A stretch of 64,000 nt of DNA from the NCBI GenBank assembly GCA_963762565.1, contig CAVXLD010000003.1, forward strand, positions 448,001 to 512,000. Direction: 5' to 3'. The notes under the pieces are model-generated. The model was not told the origin of the DNA. It saw only the letters and a list, made by a program, of their open reading frames with translations, and searched no databases. Of the stretch, positions 51,370 to 60,504 are shown piece by piece. Made by a program: the position numbers and the translations under genes. The first letter of the stretch is position 1. Every line of letters begins with the position of its first letter. Origin of the DNA: an uncultured Verrucomicrobiae bacterium. GTDB lineage: Bacteria; Verrucomicrobiota; Verrucomicrobiia; Chthoniobacterales; JAFAMB01.

Positions 51370-52038
51370 ATGAGATTCTATCAATATATCTCGGATTCCA
51401 AGGTTGACATGTTGCTGCCGCAGATCCCGCTGAAGGCGAAACAAAAGATCACCGCTGAAATCGGTTTTGATATCAAGATTTTGACGGCAAAACTAAAGAC
51501 TGAACGCGATAGCCTGGATGATCGGGTTAGCCGCCTTCTCGTGGTAGAGCGATATTTGAGAGAGAGCCAACGAATAGGCTCATTGATTGAGCCGGCTCCC
51601 TGGGTTTCTGGTGCCGAAGAGGTGTCTGTTACAATGCCCGCTCCTGGTGCGGTTGTGTTCGTCGGCGACAAAGGAGATGCCTATTTTCTGCTAACTGGCT
51701 CCGCCGACCATCTCATTGGTTCTAAACCGGACCGTGACTTCGGAGGTTCTTCGTTCTCAATGTTGGCTATGATTCTTCATCACGTTATGTTGGATTGGCA
51801 CGACTTTATTGTCCACGATATCGAGGGAAAGGAAGAGAAGAAACCCCTGATTGAAACTTCGTCTCGGACAGAACGGGAGATTCTTGAGCGTGTCGCTGAA
51901 CGCTTTCCCATAGGAAATGTTCGAACGCGAGTAGAGTTTCTGGTGCGAAGACTATTGGTGGGAACGATTGACGGTAAGGAAGTGTTTGTAGGAACTCCAC
52001 TCTACGTCGCCCAGACGGACGACGACTACGTACACTGA
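51370..52038 (+). CDS. Hypothetical protein, DUF7019/SAVMC3_10250-like
   Basis: MRFYQYISDSKVDMLLPQIP...LLTGSADHLIG...EFLVRRL...VGTPLYVA pattern recalled for this family. Confidence 0.65.
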   Translation: MRFYQYISDSKVDMLLPQIPLKAKQKITAEIGFDIKILTAKLKTERDSLDDRVSRLLVVERYLRESQRIGSLIEPAPWVSGAEEVSVTMPAPGAVVFVGDKGDAYFLLTGSADHLIGSKPDRDFGGSSFSMLAMILHHVMLDWHDFIVHDIEGKEEKKPLIETSSRTEREILERVAERFPIGNVRTRVEFLVRRLLVGTIDGKEVFVGTPLYVAQTDDDYVH

Positions 52039-52090
52039 ACTTCGTCGGCGCGCCGAATCGGTCAAACATAACCGGTTAGCGGAGGAGAAC

Positions 52091-52133
52091 AAAAGGGGTC
52101 AGTCAATTTGACTGACCCCTTTCGCTTTCTGCA
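52091..52133. repeat. Site D: empty palindrome with right flank
   Basis: AAAAGGGGTCAGTCAA-T-TTGACTGACCCCTTT-CGCTTTCTGCA. Confidence 0.9.
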
Positions 52134-52135
52134 CC

Positions 52136-52456
52136 CTACGGCTTTTCGATCATGTAGTAAGACTTAAGGCGGCCATCTACGAACTCAAAACGATAGAATT
52201 GTTTGCTAAGATTCAAAGATCGTAGCATGCCGCTGTACATCGCGGCCCGAACTTGATCAGTTGCCAAATCGTAGATCAAAATCTCAGCGCCATCGTGAAG
52301 TTCCCTGCCATAGGGTTCGCCAAGAATGCTTATAACTTCGTCCTCGCTCATTCCGGCATGCACCGTCCCCAGGCTTGTGACAGGTGTCGCGCACCCTGTC
52401 AGGATCACCAGAGCAAAAGGCAACGCCAAGAACGGTAAGCGCAAGAGCGTTTTCAT
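52136..52456 (-). CDS. Small lipoprotein, SmpA/BamE-like domain
   Basis: Lipobox LTGC after a hydrophobic leader; GMSEDEVISILGEP motif. Confidence 0.75.
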   Translation of the reverse strand: MKTLLRLPFLALPFALVILTGCATPVTSLGTVHAGMSEDEVISILGEPYGRELHDGAEILIYDLATDQVRAAMYSGMLRSLNLSKQFYRFEFVDGRLKSYYMIEKP

Positions 52457-52540
52457 ACGATCCTGACATCGTACCAAGTTCGAAGCCTGCTTGTCGCGCT
52501 CTTCCTTTCCCAACGTTAAGTGCTTGGCTGCAGCAAAAGT

Positions 52541-52586
52541 GAGACAAAAGGGGTCAGTCAAATTGACTGACCCCATTCGCTTTCTG
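52541..52586. repeat. Site E: empty palindrome with both flanks
   Basis: GAGACAAAAGGGGTCAGTCAA-A-TTGACTGACCCCATT-CGCTTTCTG. Confidence 0.9.
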
Positions 52587-52783
52587 TTTTGCAAAACGGA
52601 CAACGCCGCGGCTTGGCAATCCCTCGCCGACTAACCATTTGCCATACGCAGAAACTGTTACAACTGTTCGCAATACATATTGGAGACCGTGCCCTGTTAG
52701 CGAAATACTTCCCAAGGATTAGTAGGGCGGATGCGAGCATCTCAGCGCTCGCCGGACTTCTAGACCTTGGCCGGCGAGCGTCT

Positions 52784-53017
52784 TTATTTTGAGGAGGCAA
52801 AAGCCCACTCCTCAGACCTCCAACAACGCCGCGCACGCTTGATGCGATCCGGTCGCGCCGGCCGGCTGGCATGCGAAAGCCACGCATAGAGCGTCTGGGC
52901 TCTTACGCCAAGCCTGCGAGCCAGTTCGGTCGTCGTGTTGTAGTCGAGGCGAAGAAAATCACAGAGACGCCCGACAACCGCGTCTCGTTCGTCCTTCGTG
53001 TTCCGTTTCCGCGGCAC
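52784..53017 (-). CDS. Small Cro/CI-like HTH protein (C-terminus possibly degraded)
   Basis: TTTELARRLGVRAQTLYAWL....RP helix-turn-helix. Confidence 0.55.
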   Translation of the reverse strand: MPRKRNTKDERDAVVGRLCDFLRLDYNTTTELARRLGVRAQTLYAWLSHASRPARPDRIKRARRCWRSEEWAFASSK

Positions 53018-53062
53018 GATTCGGGCGAATTCTTGGATAACTTGGAACGAAAATCAAGAAAT

Positions 53063-53107
53063 GACCGGCGGAAAGGTTCCTGCTCACCTTATCCGCCGGT
53101 CTTTTTT
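53063..53107 (+). terminator. Terminator-like hairpin
   Basis: GACCGGCGGA...TCCGCCGGTC followed by TTTTTT; the loop is long. Confidence 0.45.
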
Positions 53108-53479
53108 GGGTGGATAGGGCTTCTGCGACCTACCTATGGCTCCGTTCATTAGAGCCTGCAATTACACCTCGGTACTAACGGACTAGTGCTTTGGGGCTAG
53201 GAGAGGGTGTTCCGCGCCTACAAAATCGGCGTCCTGCATTTAGCGCTCATACCGCCGCGCGGCGGCCTCGTCCGACCCCAACCAAACGCCAATCCTTTAA
53301 CCTTTGCGCCGGAGAAAGACCGGTTGCTGAAGGTTGCGGAGGCCGTGGCCTACTGCCATGTGTCGCGCACGTGGATCGACGCCGCGCTGACAACCAAACG
53401 AGCTCCGACACGTCAAGCTTGGGCCGAATACGCGCCGGATCCCGGTACAGGCGGAATAAGCCCAAAACTTGCATCCGAC

Positions 53480-54593
53480 AAAAGGGGTCAGTCAACAAAT
53501 CTTGACAAATGGTATCATGTGACGAACTGAGGGGGTAATGCCGAGACAGGTTCGAGTTGAGTATCCTGGAGCCTTTTATCATGTGATGGCGCGAGGGGAC
53601 CGAGGCGAGAGCATCTTTGTGGATGACAAGGACCGAGAGCAGATCCTGCGAAGTTTGGGCCAAGTCTGCGCGAAGACGGGATGGCGGATCCATGCCTGGG
53701 TGTTAATGAGTAACCACTACCACTGGCTAGTGGAAACGCCGCAACCCAACTTGGTCGCAGGAATGCGCTGGGTACAGAACACCTATACCCGGCGGCTAAA
53801 TCATCGGCATAAGCTCTGGGGTCATGTCTTTGGCGGCCGCTATAAAGCGGTTCTGATCGAGAACGACCTGGATTCAGACTACTTTGCAAACCTTTGGGAT
53901 TATATCCATCTAAACCCAGTTCGAGCCAGGTTGGTCGATCCGAAGGAAGGGGTAGGTTTATTGGACTATCCCTGGAGCAGCCTTACCCAGGTGTATTCCG
54001 CCGGGCCCAATCGCCGGCCAGCATGGTGCGCGACTGAGCGCTCTTTTGCCGCCTTCGGCCTCAAAGACACCGTCAGTGGGCGAAAAGCATTAATTGAGCG
54101 TTTGGAGCAACGCGCCATCGCTGAGGAGGCAGAAAAGTGCGGTTGGATAGTGCGAGATGGTCAGTCGCTGAATAGTACGCTGCGTCGTGGCTGGTACTGG
54201 GGCGGTGAAGCGTTTAGGCAAAAGCTGTTGGATTTGGCGGCAGAACCATTGAGCAGGCTACGTAATCGCAACCGGCGTGCCACTCGTCAATGGCGCGATC
54301 ACGCCCAAGTTAGCGCCAGCGACTTAATTCGCCAGGGACTCGAGGCGCTTGGCCTGAGCGAGGACCAACTTAAAGCCAGTAAAGGCAGCGAAACCCGGAA
54401 GGTGAGTCTCGCATGGGCGATAGCCCGTTCGACCACGATGAGTCAAAGCTGGATTGCCGATCGCCTTAACATGCGCAGCGCGGCAAATGTTAGCCAGCAG
54501 GTGCGGCGATTCGAAAGAGAGCTGAAAGGTCAGAGCGACTCGCGAATTAAAGGATGGGTCAAGATTGTCAAGAATTGTTGACTGACCCCTTTT
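53480..54593 (+). mobile_element. RAYT element bounded by 29-bp inverted repeats (sites F and G)
   Basis: AAAAGGGGTCAGTCAACAAATCTTGACAA (53480-53508) vs TTGTCAAGAATTGTTGACTGACCCCTTTT (54565-54593), 1 mismatch. Confidence 0.85.
53538..54581 (+). CDS. REP-associated tyrosine transposase (RAYT; HUH Y1, IS200-like fold) with C-terminal HTH-like extension
   Basis: MPR..R.EYPGAFYHVMARG, HUH motif LMSNHYH, GHVFGGRYKA, catalytic YIHLNPVRA, YPWSS; C-terminal WIADRLNMRSAANVSQ. Confidence 0.92.
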   Translation: MPRQVRVEYPGAFYHVMARGDRGESIFVDDKDREQILRSLGQVCAKTGWRIHAWVLMSNHYHWLVETPQPNLVAGMRWVQNTYTRRLNHRHKLWGHVFGGRYKAVLIENDLDSDYFANLWDYIHLNPVRARLVDPKEGVGLLDYPWSSLTQVYSAGPNRRPAWCATERSFAAFGLKDTVSGRKALIERLEQRAIAEEAEKCGWIVRDGQSLNSTLRRGWYWGGEAFRQKLLDLAAEPLSRLRNRNRRATRQWRDHAQVSASDLIRQGLEALGLSEDQLKASKGSETRKVSLAWAIARSTTMSQSWIADRLNMRSAANVSQQVRRFERELKGQSDSRIKGWVKIVKNC

Positions 54594-54601
54594 GACCCCT
54601 T

Positions 54602-54729
54602 GGTGCGGCGATTCGAAAGAGAGCTGAAAGGTCAGAGCGACTCGCGAATTAAAGGATGGATCAAGATTGTCAAGAATTGTTGACTGACCCCTTTTCCTGT
54701 GACTGACCCCTTTTCCTGTGCTTTTCCTG
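54602..54729 (+). repeat. Tandem duplication of the RAYT 3' end with stuttered end motifs
   Basis: 54602-54695 repeats 54500-54593 (94 bp, 1 mismatch); then TGACTGACCCCTTTTCCTG twice and CTTTTCCTG. Confidence 0.9.
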
Positions 54730-54869
54730 GGTCCCCTTAGTTCGCGAAGGAAAGGACGAGACCCGGATAGAGAGCGGGAATGCGGTGCAACCAGAGTGCA
54801 CTAGGCTAATTTGGTGCAGCTCGACATCTGCCTAATTCTTCCACGTGAGCTGCGCTTACAGAGACTGCC

Positions 54870-57641
54870 CTAATCTCTTGGCGCCAATTCAGCTAACAGT
54901 GTTTTATATCGTGGATCCTCACGTAGAGGATCCCACATGGGATCGAGCTTCAAATTGCTGTAGTAAATGCCGCTCGGCGTTTTCGTCAACGAACTTAACG
55001 TTTCAAAAGCGAGGTCAGGCTCACCGGTCCAAGCATAAACAACCGCTAAATTTATCAGAAGACCCGGCCCATCCACTGCGTCCCTGCTGATCGGCAACAT
55101 ATCTACGGCACGTTTGCCTTCCGCAGTCGCGTCTTGTTTCTTCCCCAAGAGAGCATCGACCACAGCCAATTGGGTGAGCAACTTAGCTTTCGCATCCCCT
55201 TGTGACTCCTGGACCCTCTGATTTAATTGTTCCCGTGTTTCCGCAAAGCCAAAATTGTCGTCCGGCTGTTGTCCCTGCATTCGGGCAATAAGAATGAGAT
55301 AACACCCAGCCGGAACCGGCACCTCCATATAAGCAAAACCACCTTCGTCATCACCGCCCTTCAACTCCTCGACCAGTCTAATTGCCTGGTGCCAATCACG
55401 ATCATATAACGCGCAGCCCAGGCGCCAGGTGACAACATCCCGATCCTCTGCTATCGACAGCGGAAGCGCCGCAAGCGCCGAACGCAACGCAGTACCGTCT
55501 CCTGTGTTGGCTAAGGTTACATAATACGCCTTTAGAACCTTGAGTTCTGGGTGATCGGGAGCGAGATCGATCGCCCGATCGTACGCCTCTCCGGCGGCAG
55601 AAAGCTGACGCGCCATCTGAAGCGAATTTGGCAACTCAGTCATCGGATTGCGTGGGTCGAGAGTGATCGCTGCTTTCAATTCCTGAATTGCTTTTTCAAA
55701 GTTGCCCTGCCGGCGATCCATCAATGCCTGGAGAGTCATCACCTCAGTGTTATTGGGCATACCGCGCCTGGCGATGGCTAGCTGCACGCGCGCCCTTTCG
55801 TAATCACGATAGCTGACATAAAGGTGGTGGGCATACGCATAGTGCACTTCTGGAAGGTCGGGTTGCAAGCGCAGCGCGTTGTTCACCGCTGTATCTCCCA
55901 AGGAGCGTCGATTAGGAGTCGGATCGTGCCTATAAAGACCATCGTGCACGTAAGCCTCCGCGCAGTAGGCGAGCGTGAACTTCGGGTCGAGTTGTACCGC
56001 CTGATCAAGTAAATTTATCGCATCGCGAAGTGGCTTTTCATAGCCCGTCAGGACAGCGTTAACATCTGCATAGTCGATCAATTCCTTTGCCCGTAGGTAA
56101 AGATCGTACGCTTCGAGATTTTCTGTTAGCTTCGCTTCAATGCTCTGCTTCTCTTGCGGAGAAAGCGTAGCGGTCAACTTGGTGGCGATGGTCTGAGCTA
56201 CTTCGCTCTGAATGGCGAAAATATCAGTCAGATCCCGGTCATAGCTCTCGGACCAGAGAGCTTGGTCTGTTAGAGCATTGACAAGCCGAATTGTAATTCG
56301 AACGCGATTATCTTCTCTTCTCACGGTACCCTCGACAACATTAGCTACTCCGAGCACGCGAGCGATTGACCGCAGGTCCCGCGCTCCAGTAGGGCGAAAT
56401 GTCATTACCGAGGTCCGACTGATTACCTTGAGTTGGGATACTTTGGCGAGGCTGGATAGAATCTCGTCGTGAATACCGTCTGCAAAGTAACTGTTGCGGG
56501 GACCGCGGCTAAGCGTCTCAAATGGCAAAACGGCAATACTTCTCTTTCGAGCTCTGGGTACAGGCTGTTCTTTTGCTTGAGAGCCAAGCCTTTGCGTAGG
56601 ACTCGCCAACAGCTTTCGTCGTCCAATAGTGCGCCTACCCTTCGCGGACGTTTTCGATAGCGCGTTCGAGAGTTCTTTCGGGGTCTGAAAGCGCTTTGTA
56701 GGATCTTTCTCAAGAAGCCTCTCGATGAGATCAACCACCGGACCGTGGAACGCGGCAAGTTGCTCAATGGGGAAGCGTTTGTATAGATGTTGGTACATAA
56801 GCTCAGGCACAGATCCCGTAAATGGAACTTTGTCGGTGAGCATGTTCCAAAGCACTATGCCCAGCGAATAAAGGTCAGAACGGATATCTACTGCGAGGCC
56901 GGCAAATTGCTCTGGACTTGCGAACGCTGGTGTTCCAATAAAAGCGCCCGCCGTGGAAACAACTGCATCGGCTGGCTCGATAGCTACCTTGGCGAGGCCA
57001 AGGTCGATAATCTTCGCACTGGTAGATCCCCCGTTCTTCATTGCAACCATGACATTGCTAGGTTTGATGTCGCGGTGAACGAGACCTCTTTCATGGATCG
57101 CGCCCAAACCTGCTGCGACTTGAGTTGCGATTTCCAATGCGAGCTTTACTTCAAGCCTGCCAGAGCGTTTGATGAGATTCTCCAGAGTCTCACCCTCTAC
57201 AAACTCCATCGCGTAGAAGTAGCTAGTGACGCTCTTTCCGAGGTGAAATACAGAAGCAACGTTCGGATGCCGTACACTTGCCGCCGCCCGTGCCTCTCGT
57301 ACGAATCGTCGCCGGGCTGATTCGTCGCCAAGAAGCCGCGAGTTGATCACCTTCAACGCCACGACGGTTTGGAGATTCACATCGATCGCCTTATAGGTCA
57401 CTCCCATAGCGCCTCGACCTAGTTCAAGCGGCTTTCCATCCTCGCGAGTAACAAGCTGGTAGTGTTCAAACCGAAAATCCGGCGACAAACCAGTCGGGTC
57501 TAAATGTAACTCGGTGGTCGCGGCTTGGTCGGCGAGGGCACCCCGGAAAGCGCAAACCGGACAAAGCCCTAAGCCGTCGACAATTTGCGCCCCACAAATG
57601 GGGCAGACGCGTCTCGATTCTTGTTCCACAAACTCAACCAC
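54870..57641 (-). CDS. Hanks-type Ser/Thr protein kinase with TolB-like/FlgO and TPR regions
   Basis: N-terminal CPICG..CPVC, LGRGAMG.TY, VALK, HRDIKPSN, DLGLAK, GTPAFASPEQ, SIAVLPF..., TPR-like helices. Confidence 0.92.
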   Translation of the reverse strand: MVEFVEQESRRVCPICGAQIVDGLGLCPVCAFRGALADQAATTELHLDPTGLSPDFRFEHYQLVTREDGKPLELGRGAMGVTYKAIDVNLQTVVALKVINSRLLGDESARRRFVREARAAASVRHPNVASVFHLGKSVTSYFYAMEFVEGETLENLIKRSGRLEVKLALEIATQVAAGLGAIHERGLVHRDIKPSNVMVAMKNGGSTSAKIIDLGLAKVAIEPADAVVSTAGAFIGTPAFASPEQFAGLAVDIRSDLYSLGIVLWNMLTDKVPFTGSVPELMYQHLYKRFPIEQLAAFHGPVVDLIERLLEKDPTKRFQTPKELSNALSKTSAKGRRTIGRRKLLASPTQRLGSQAKEQPVPRARKRSIAVLPFETLSRGPRNSYFADGIHDEILSSLAKVSQLKVISRTSVMTFRPTGARDLRSIARVLGVANVVEGTVRREDNRVRITIRLVNALTDQALWSESYDRDLTDIFAIQSEVAQTIATKLTATLSPQEKQSIEAKLTENLEAYDLYLRAKELIDYADVNAVLTGYEKPLRDAINLLDQAVQLDPKFTLAYCAEAYVHDGLYRHDPTPNRRSLGDTAVNNALRLQPDLPEVHYAYAHHLYVSYRDYERARVQLAIARRGMPNNTEVMTLQALMDRRQGNFEKAIQELKAAITLDPRNPMTELPNSLQMARQLSAAGEAYDRAIDLAPDHPELKVLKAYYVTLANTGDGTALRSALAALPLSIAEDRDVVTWRLGCALYDRDWHQAIRLVEELKGGDDEGGFAYMEVPVPAGCYLILIARMQGQQPDDNFGFAETREQLNQRVQESQGDAKAKLLTQLAVVDALLGKKQDATAEGKRAVDMLPISRDAVDGPGLLINLAVVYAWTGEPDLAFETLSSLTKTPSGIYYSNLKLDPMWDPLREDPRYKTLLAELAPRD

Positions 57642-57959
57642 GGTTTTTCGGACAGGAGAGTAATATATTCCCGTTTATCTACCGTCCTTCCAATCCGTAC
57701 TCGGTTCGTCCGAAATCTTCAAAGCTGATCAAGAGACAACGCGTTCTAGACGAGAAAAGCTGCAAATGTCGTTTTTGATGGTCGCATTTTCGTTTCAAGC
57801 GCTGTTTGCTACGGAAAACGGCAAAGACTCTTACAACCAAATAGAACTGGCTGCTCTGATCAGGGAGGAAGAGGGCCAAGATATGGACAAACTTCCCGTG
57901 CCTGGCGAAGTGGAGCGTTATACTGGTATTCGGTTTGATCTCGGATGCCTGCGTAAAGC

Positions 57960-58370
57960 TTAATCGCTGAAACGAATGCCTGCTTCCTGAACTTCTTGGT
58001 ATGGCAATAGCCACACTAGGGACTCGTCGTGAAGGTCGACCACATCAATCCGATTATTGAACGGGTCGCGAAAAGCGCACCGAAATCCGGGAATTAGTTG
58101 TAACCCGTATTTCTGCGTGACTTTGTCTCTCACCTCCGCGAGTTGCCGCTCATCCCGAACAATTAGGCCAAAATGCCAGCCGCCCTTGTCGCGAACCTGA
58201 TCAACCTGGGTCATAGCGAGAAACTGATGATTCCCGAGCTTGAAAAACGCATTACCTTCGCCACGCGACTTAAGTTTAAGTTCGAAGACGTCCTCGTAAA
58301 ACGCTTGCGCCTTTGCAAGATCATCAACCTCGATCGCCACGTGATTGCACCCATAGACTTGAACGCTCAT
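57960..58370 (-). CDS. VOC/glyoxalase-family protein
   Basis: NHVAIEVDDL.KA.AFYEDVF, HFGL, FRDPFNNRID. Confidence 0.88.
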   Translation of the reverse strand: MSVQVYGCNHVAIEVDDLAKAQAFYEDVFELKLKSRGEGNAFFKLGNHQFLAMTQVDQVRDKGGWHFGLIVRDERQLAEVRDKVTQKYGLQLIPGFRCAFRDPFNNRIDVVDLHDESLVWLLPYQEVQEAGIRFSD

Positions 58371-58422
58371 AATCCTGCATTCTGCGCCAATGGCTCTTTG
58401 ATCTCCATGCTTTTGAGTTAGC

Positions 58423-58536
58423 GAGACAAAAGGGGCCAGTCAACGATTTCTGACAGTTTGACTTCGTGTTCGTACTCGGCGAGCAAGTTGATCCGCCCGA
58501 GGTCAGGTTCTGGGCATTTCAGAATCGGCATTGTCG
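58423..58536. mobile_element. Site H: one-ended copy of the mini-element
   Basis: GAGACAAAAGGGGCCAGTCAACGATTTCTGACAG followed by the same internal sequence as 45948-46056; no right end seen. Confidence 0.85.
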
Positions 58537-58721
58537 ATCAAGCATCGCAGGCATTTTTGTCGCCAGAGCGAGATTCAAGGCGAGGGCGCAGGCGAATATC
58601 GGAAGCCGAGGTTGAAAGCGTTCCAGCCGTTGCCCATCGACGAGCGATCTCAATAAGGCCGGTCAGGCAAGGAGTAGCGAACCTTGCTGAGGGCTTCCTG
58701 GACTAACGCGGAGTAGTACTT

Positions 58722-58988
58722 ATGATCATCACGCTTTTTGAAGGACAGCGCTCTGAGACCTACGAAAGCCTCTCTGAGGCCGCCGATGCCGCCAAGAAGT
58801 GGTATTCAGATTTAGGGGAAGACGCTCCTCCGTGGGATTATGAGATTCAAACCTATGATGATTTGCTCGAAGCGATAGAAGAACACAAGAAGCGAGTTGC
58901 TTCTTGGGTGGCGAATAGGGACGACTATTACCCGAAGCCTCGGCTGACAGTTATTGGTATCGACGGCACTCCAGCAAAAGGTCGGTAA
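58722..58988 (+). CDS. Hypothetical protein
   Basis: GGAG SD-like motif upstream of ATG; acidic 88 aa; 3 nt from the next ORF. Confidence 0.6.
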   Translation: MIITLFEGQRSETYESLSEAADAAKKWYSDLGEDAPPWDYEIQTYDDLLEAIEEHKKRVASWVANRDDYYPKPRLTVIGIDGTPAKGR

Positions 58989-58991
58989 TTA

Positions 58992-59294
58992 ATGGGTGAA
59001 ACCGCAGAAGCCATAGTAATGACCTGTATAGAAAACCCTCACAGCGAAGTGGAGGGCCTGGAATCCCGAACATTTTCAGTTCACGCAGTGCTATGCGTGC
59101 CCAAGGGCTTCGAAGAAATATATGTGACCAAAATTATTGAGCCGAACGAGATCGCGAGACTCGTGGCTGCGGAACCAATCCTAATGGAACGCGATGAGTT
59201 CTACTTTAAGACGAAAGCCAAAGTCGAACCGGATACCAAACTTAAGATCGAGATTTCTCTAGCCGGGGAATCCGATCAGCCGTCATCGAACTGA
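58992..59294 (+). CDS. Hypothetical protein
   Basis: 100-aa ORF closely spaced after the upstream ORF. Confidence 0.55.
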   Translation: MGETAEAIVMTCIENPHSEVEGLESRTFSVHAVLCVPKGFEEIYVTKIIEPNEIARLVAAEPILMERDEFYFKTKAKVEPDTKLKIEISLAGESDQPSSN

Positions 59295-59476
59295 TACCTA
59301 AGTCTCCTTGGTAGGAACACATTTGCGCGGCACTCAGAGTATTAAGCTATTCCGAACTCAGAACGTTGACTGGGTGAACGAATTTTGGTCTGTAGACTCA
59401 AACAGAGCCGCGGCAGCTCCAACGGCCGCCTCTCCTGTTATCATCGATCCTTCGGGGATCGATTTGTTTTCACACG

Positions 59477-59749
59477 TTAATCGTGTATTTCAATCTTGAT
59501 CTTGTGACCGGTCTGGAGATCGCGGTAGGTTGCTTTGTCACGGTCTCCCTTGAGCAAATGGTACCGCGTGCCGATCGCACGGATCCCGTCCTGGTTTATA
59601 ATAATCTGAGATGGCACTGTCTTGATCGTCGTGGTCGTAACCACTTGTCCAATCGGCTGCATCGTAGATTGGATCTCGTCTCCTCTACTCACTGTGAAAA
59701 AGCAAAGGCTGAGGACGGCTATTGCTATGAAGTGACTTACTCTGTTCAT
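59477..59749 (-). CDS. Small secreted hypothetical protein
   Basis: Signal peptide-like N-terminus followed by a beta-rich domain. Confidence 0.55.
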   Translation of the reverse strand: MNRVSHFIAIAVLSLCFFTVSRGDEIQSTMQPIGQVVTTTTIKTVPSQIIINQDGIRAIGTRYHLLKGDRDKATYRDLQTGHKIKIEIHD

Positions 59750-59945
59750 AATATTCGAGTGTTTGAAAGAGCCCTAGCGTGTCGGCGTAGAAAACCTACA
59801 CCTCCATTCGGGCGTTCGCTTTCAAACCGCAGGCTGGATTTACGGCCTTGACGCGAAATAAACCTGGGCGCTCTTTTCGGCGTCGCATTTTCCTAGGGAA
59901 ACGCTGCGGATTGCACCCATTTGCTATCGGAACCCGATTTCCAAG

Positions 59946-60089
59946 GGCGCAAAGACTTCTAGTCTTCGGGCACGAGCTGGACTCCGTACAAGGTGCTGCC
60001 ACCGTTCAGCGTGGCGCTTGCCAGGATCACCCCGTTGGCGTTGGTCCCTGATGTATAAGCAACGTGGTATCCGTCCGCGGAACTGTGCA
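59946..60089 (-). pseudogene. Second copy of the HAF-like 3' gene fragment
   Basis: 144 bp with 8 mismatches vs 45722-45865. Confidence 0.85.
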
Positions 60090-60176
60090 TCCGACCAATG
60101 CTTCTTTTGCGGTTTGAACCTTTGAAGGCAGTCAGAACGAGGGGCAATTTACTGGCTCGCAATTATTACCGGCTGT

Positions 60177-60437
60177 TTGTTAGCATTCCAAACGATGCCA
60201 ATTCGTTATAGAGAAGTTCTTGAGCACATGAAGGGCTTTCTAGCCGCGTACCCTTTAGGTTTTCAGGCTGATGAGACCGGCCAGCGAAACATTGTCGCGG
60301 ACAGAAACGGTTACCGGCTCGGAGAATCGGTCGATCCAAAGGTAGTCGAAGAAATGGTTAAAGGCGAAAACGAGGCTTTCACGAATAGCATGGAGCGTAA
60401 ATCTTTTCGCCAATTGCTCGCAATGTTTGCTGGATGA
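60177..60437 (+). CDS. Hypothetical protein
   Basis: Protein-like 80-86 aa ORF; no motif recognised. Confidence 0.4.
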   Translation: MLAFQTMPIRYREVLEHMKGFLAAYPLGFQADETGQRNIVADRNGYRLGESVDPKVVEEMVKGENEAFTNSMERKSFRQLLAMFAG

Positions 60438-60504
60438 CGAGCCATCATCTTCCAGCCAATTGCTTATTCGTTCCCAGATAAAGAACGGGAAACAGAGGGC
60501 CGTT

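Noticed and set aside
51290..52082. Classical integron/attC sites (GTTGAGC before and CATAAC-CG-GTTAGCG after the DUF7019-like gene)
   Set aside because: The core-like heptamers do not enclose a full attC hairpin and no IntI is present; at most these are degraded relics.
53502..53518. TTGACA...TATCAT as the RAYT promoter
   Set aside because: The hexamers are only 5 nt apart, incompatible with sigma70 spacing.
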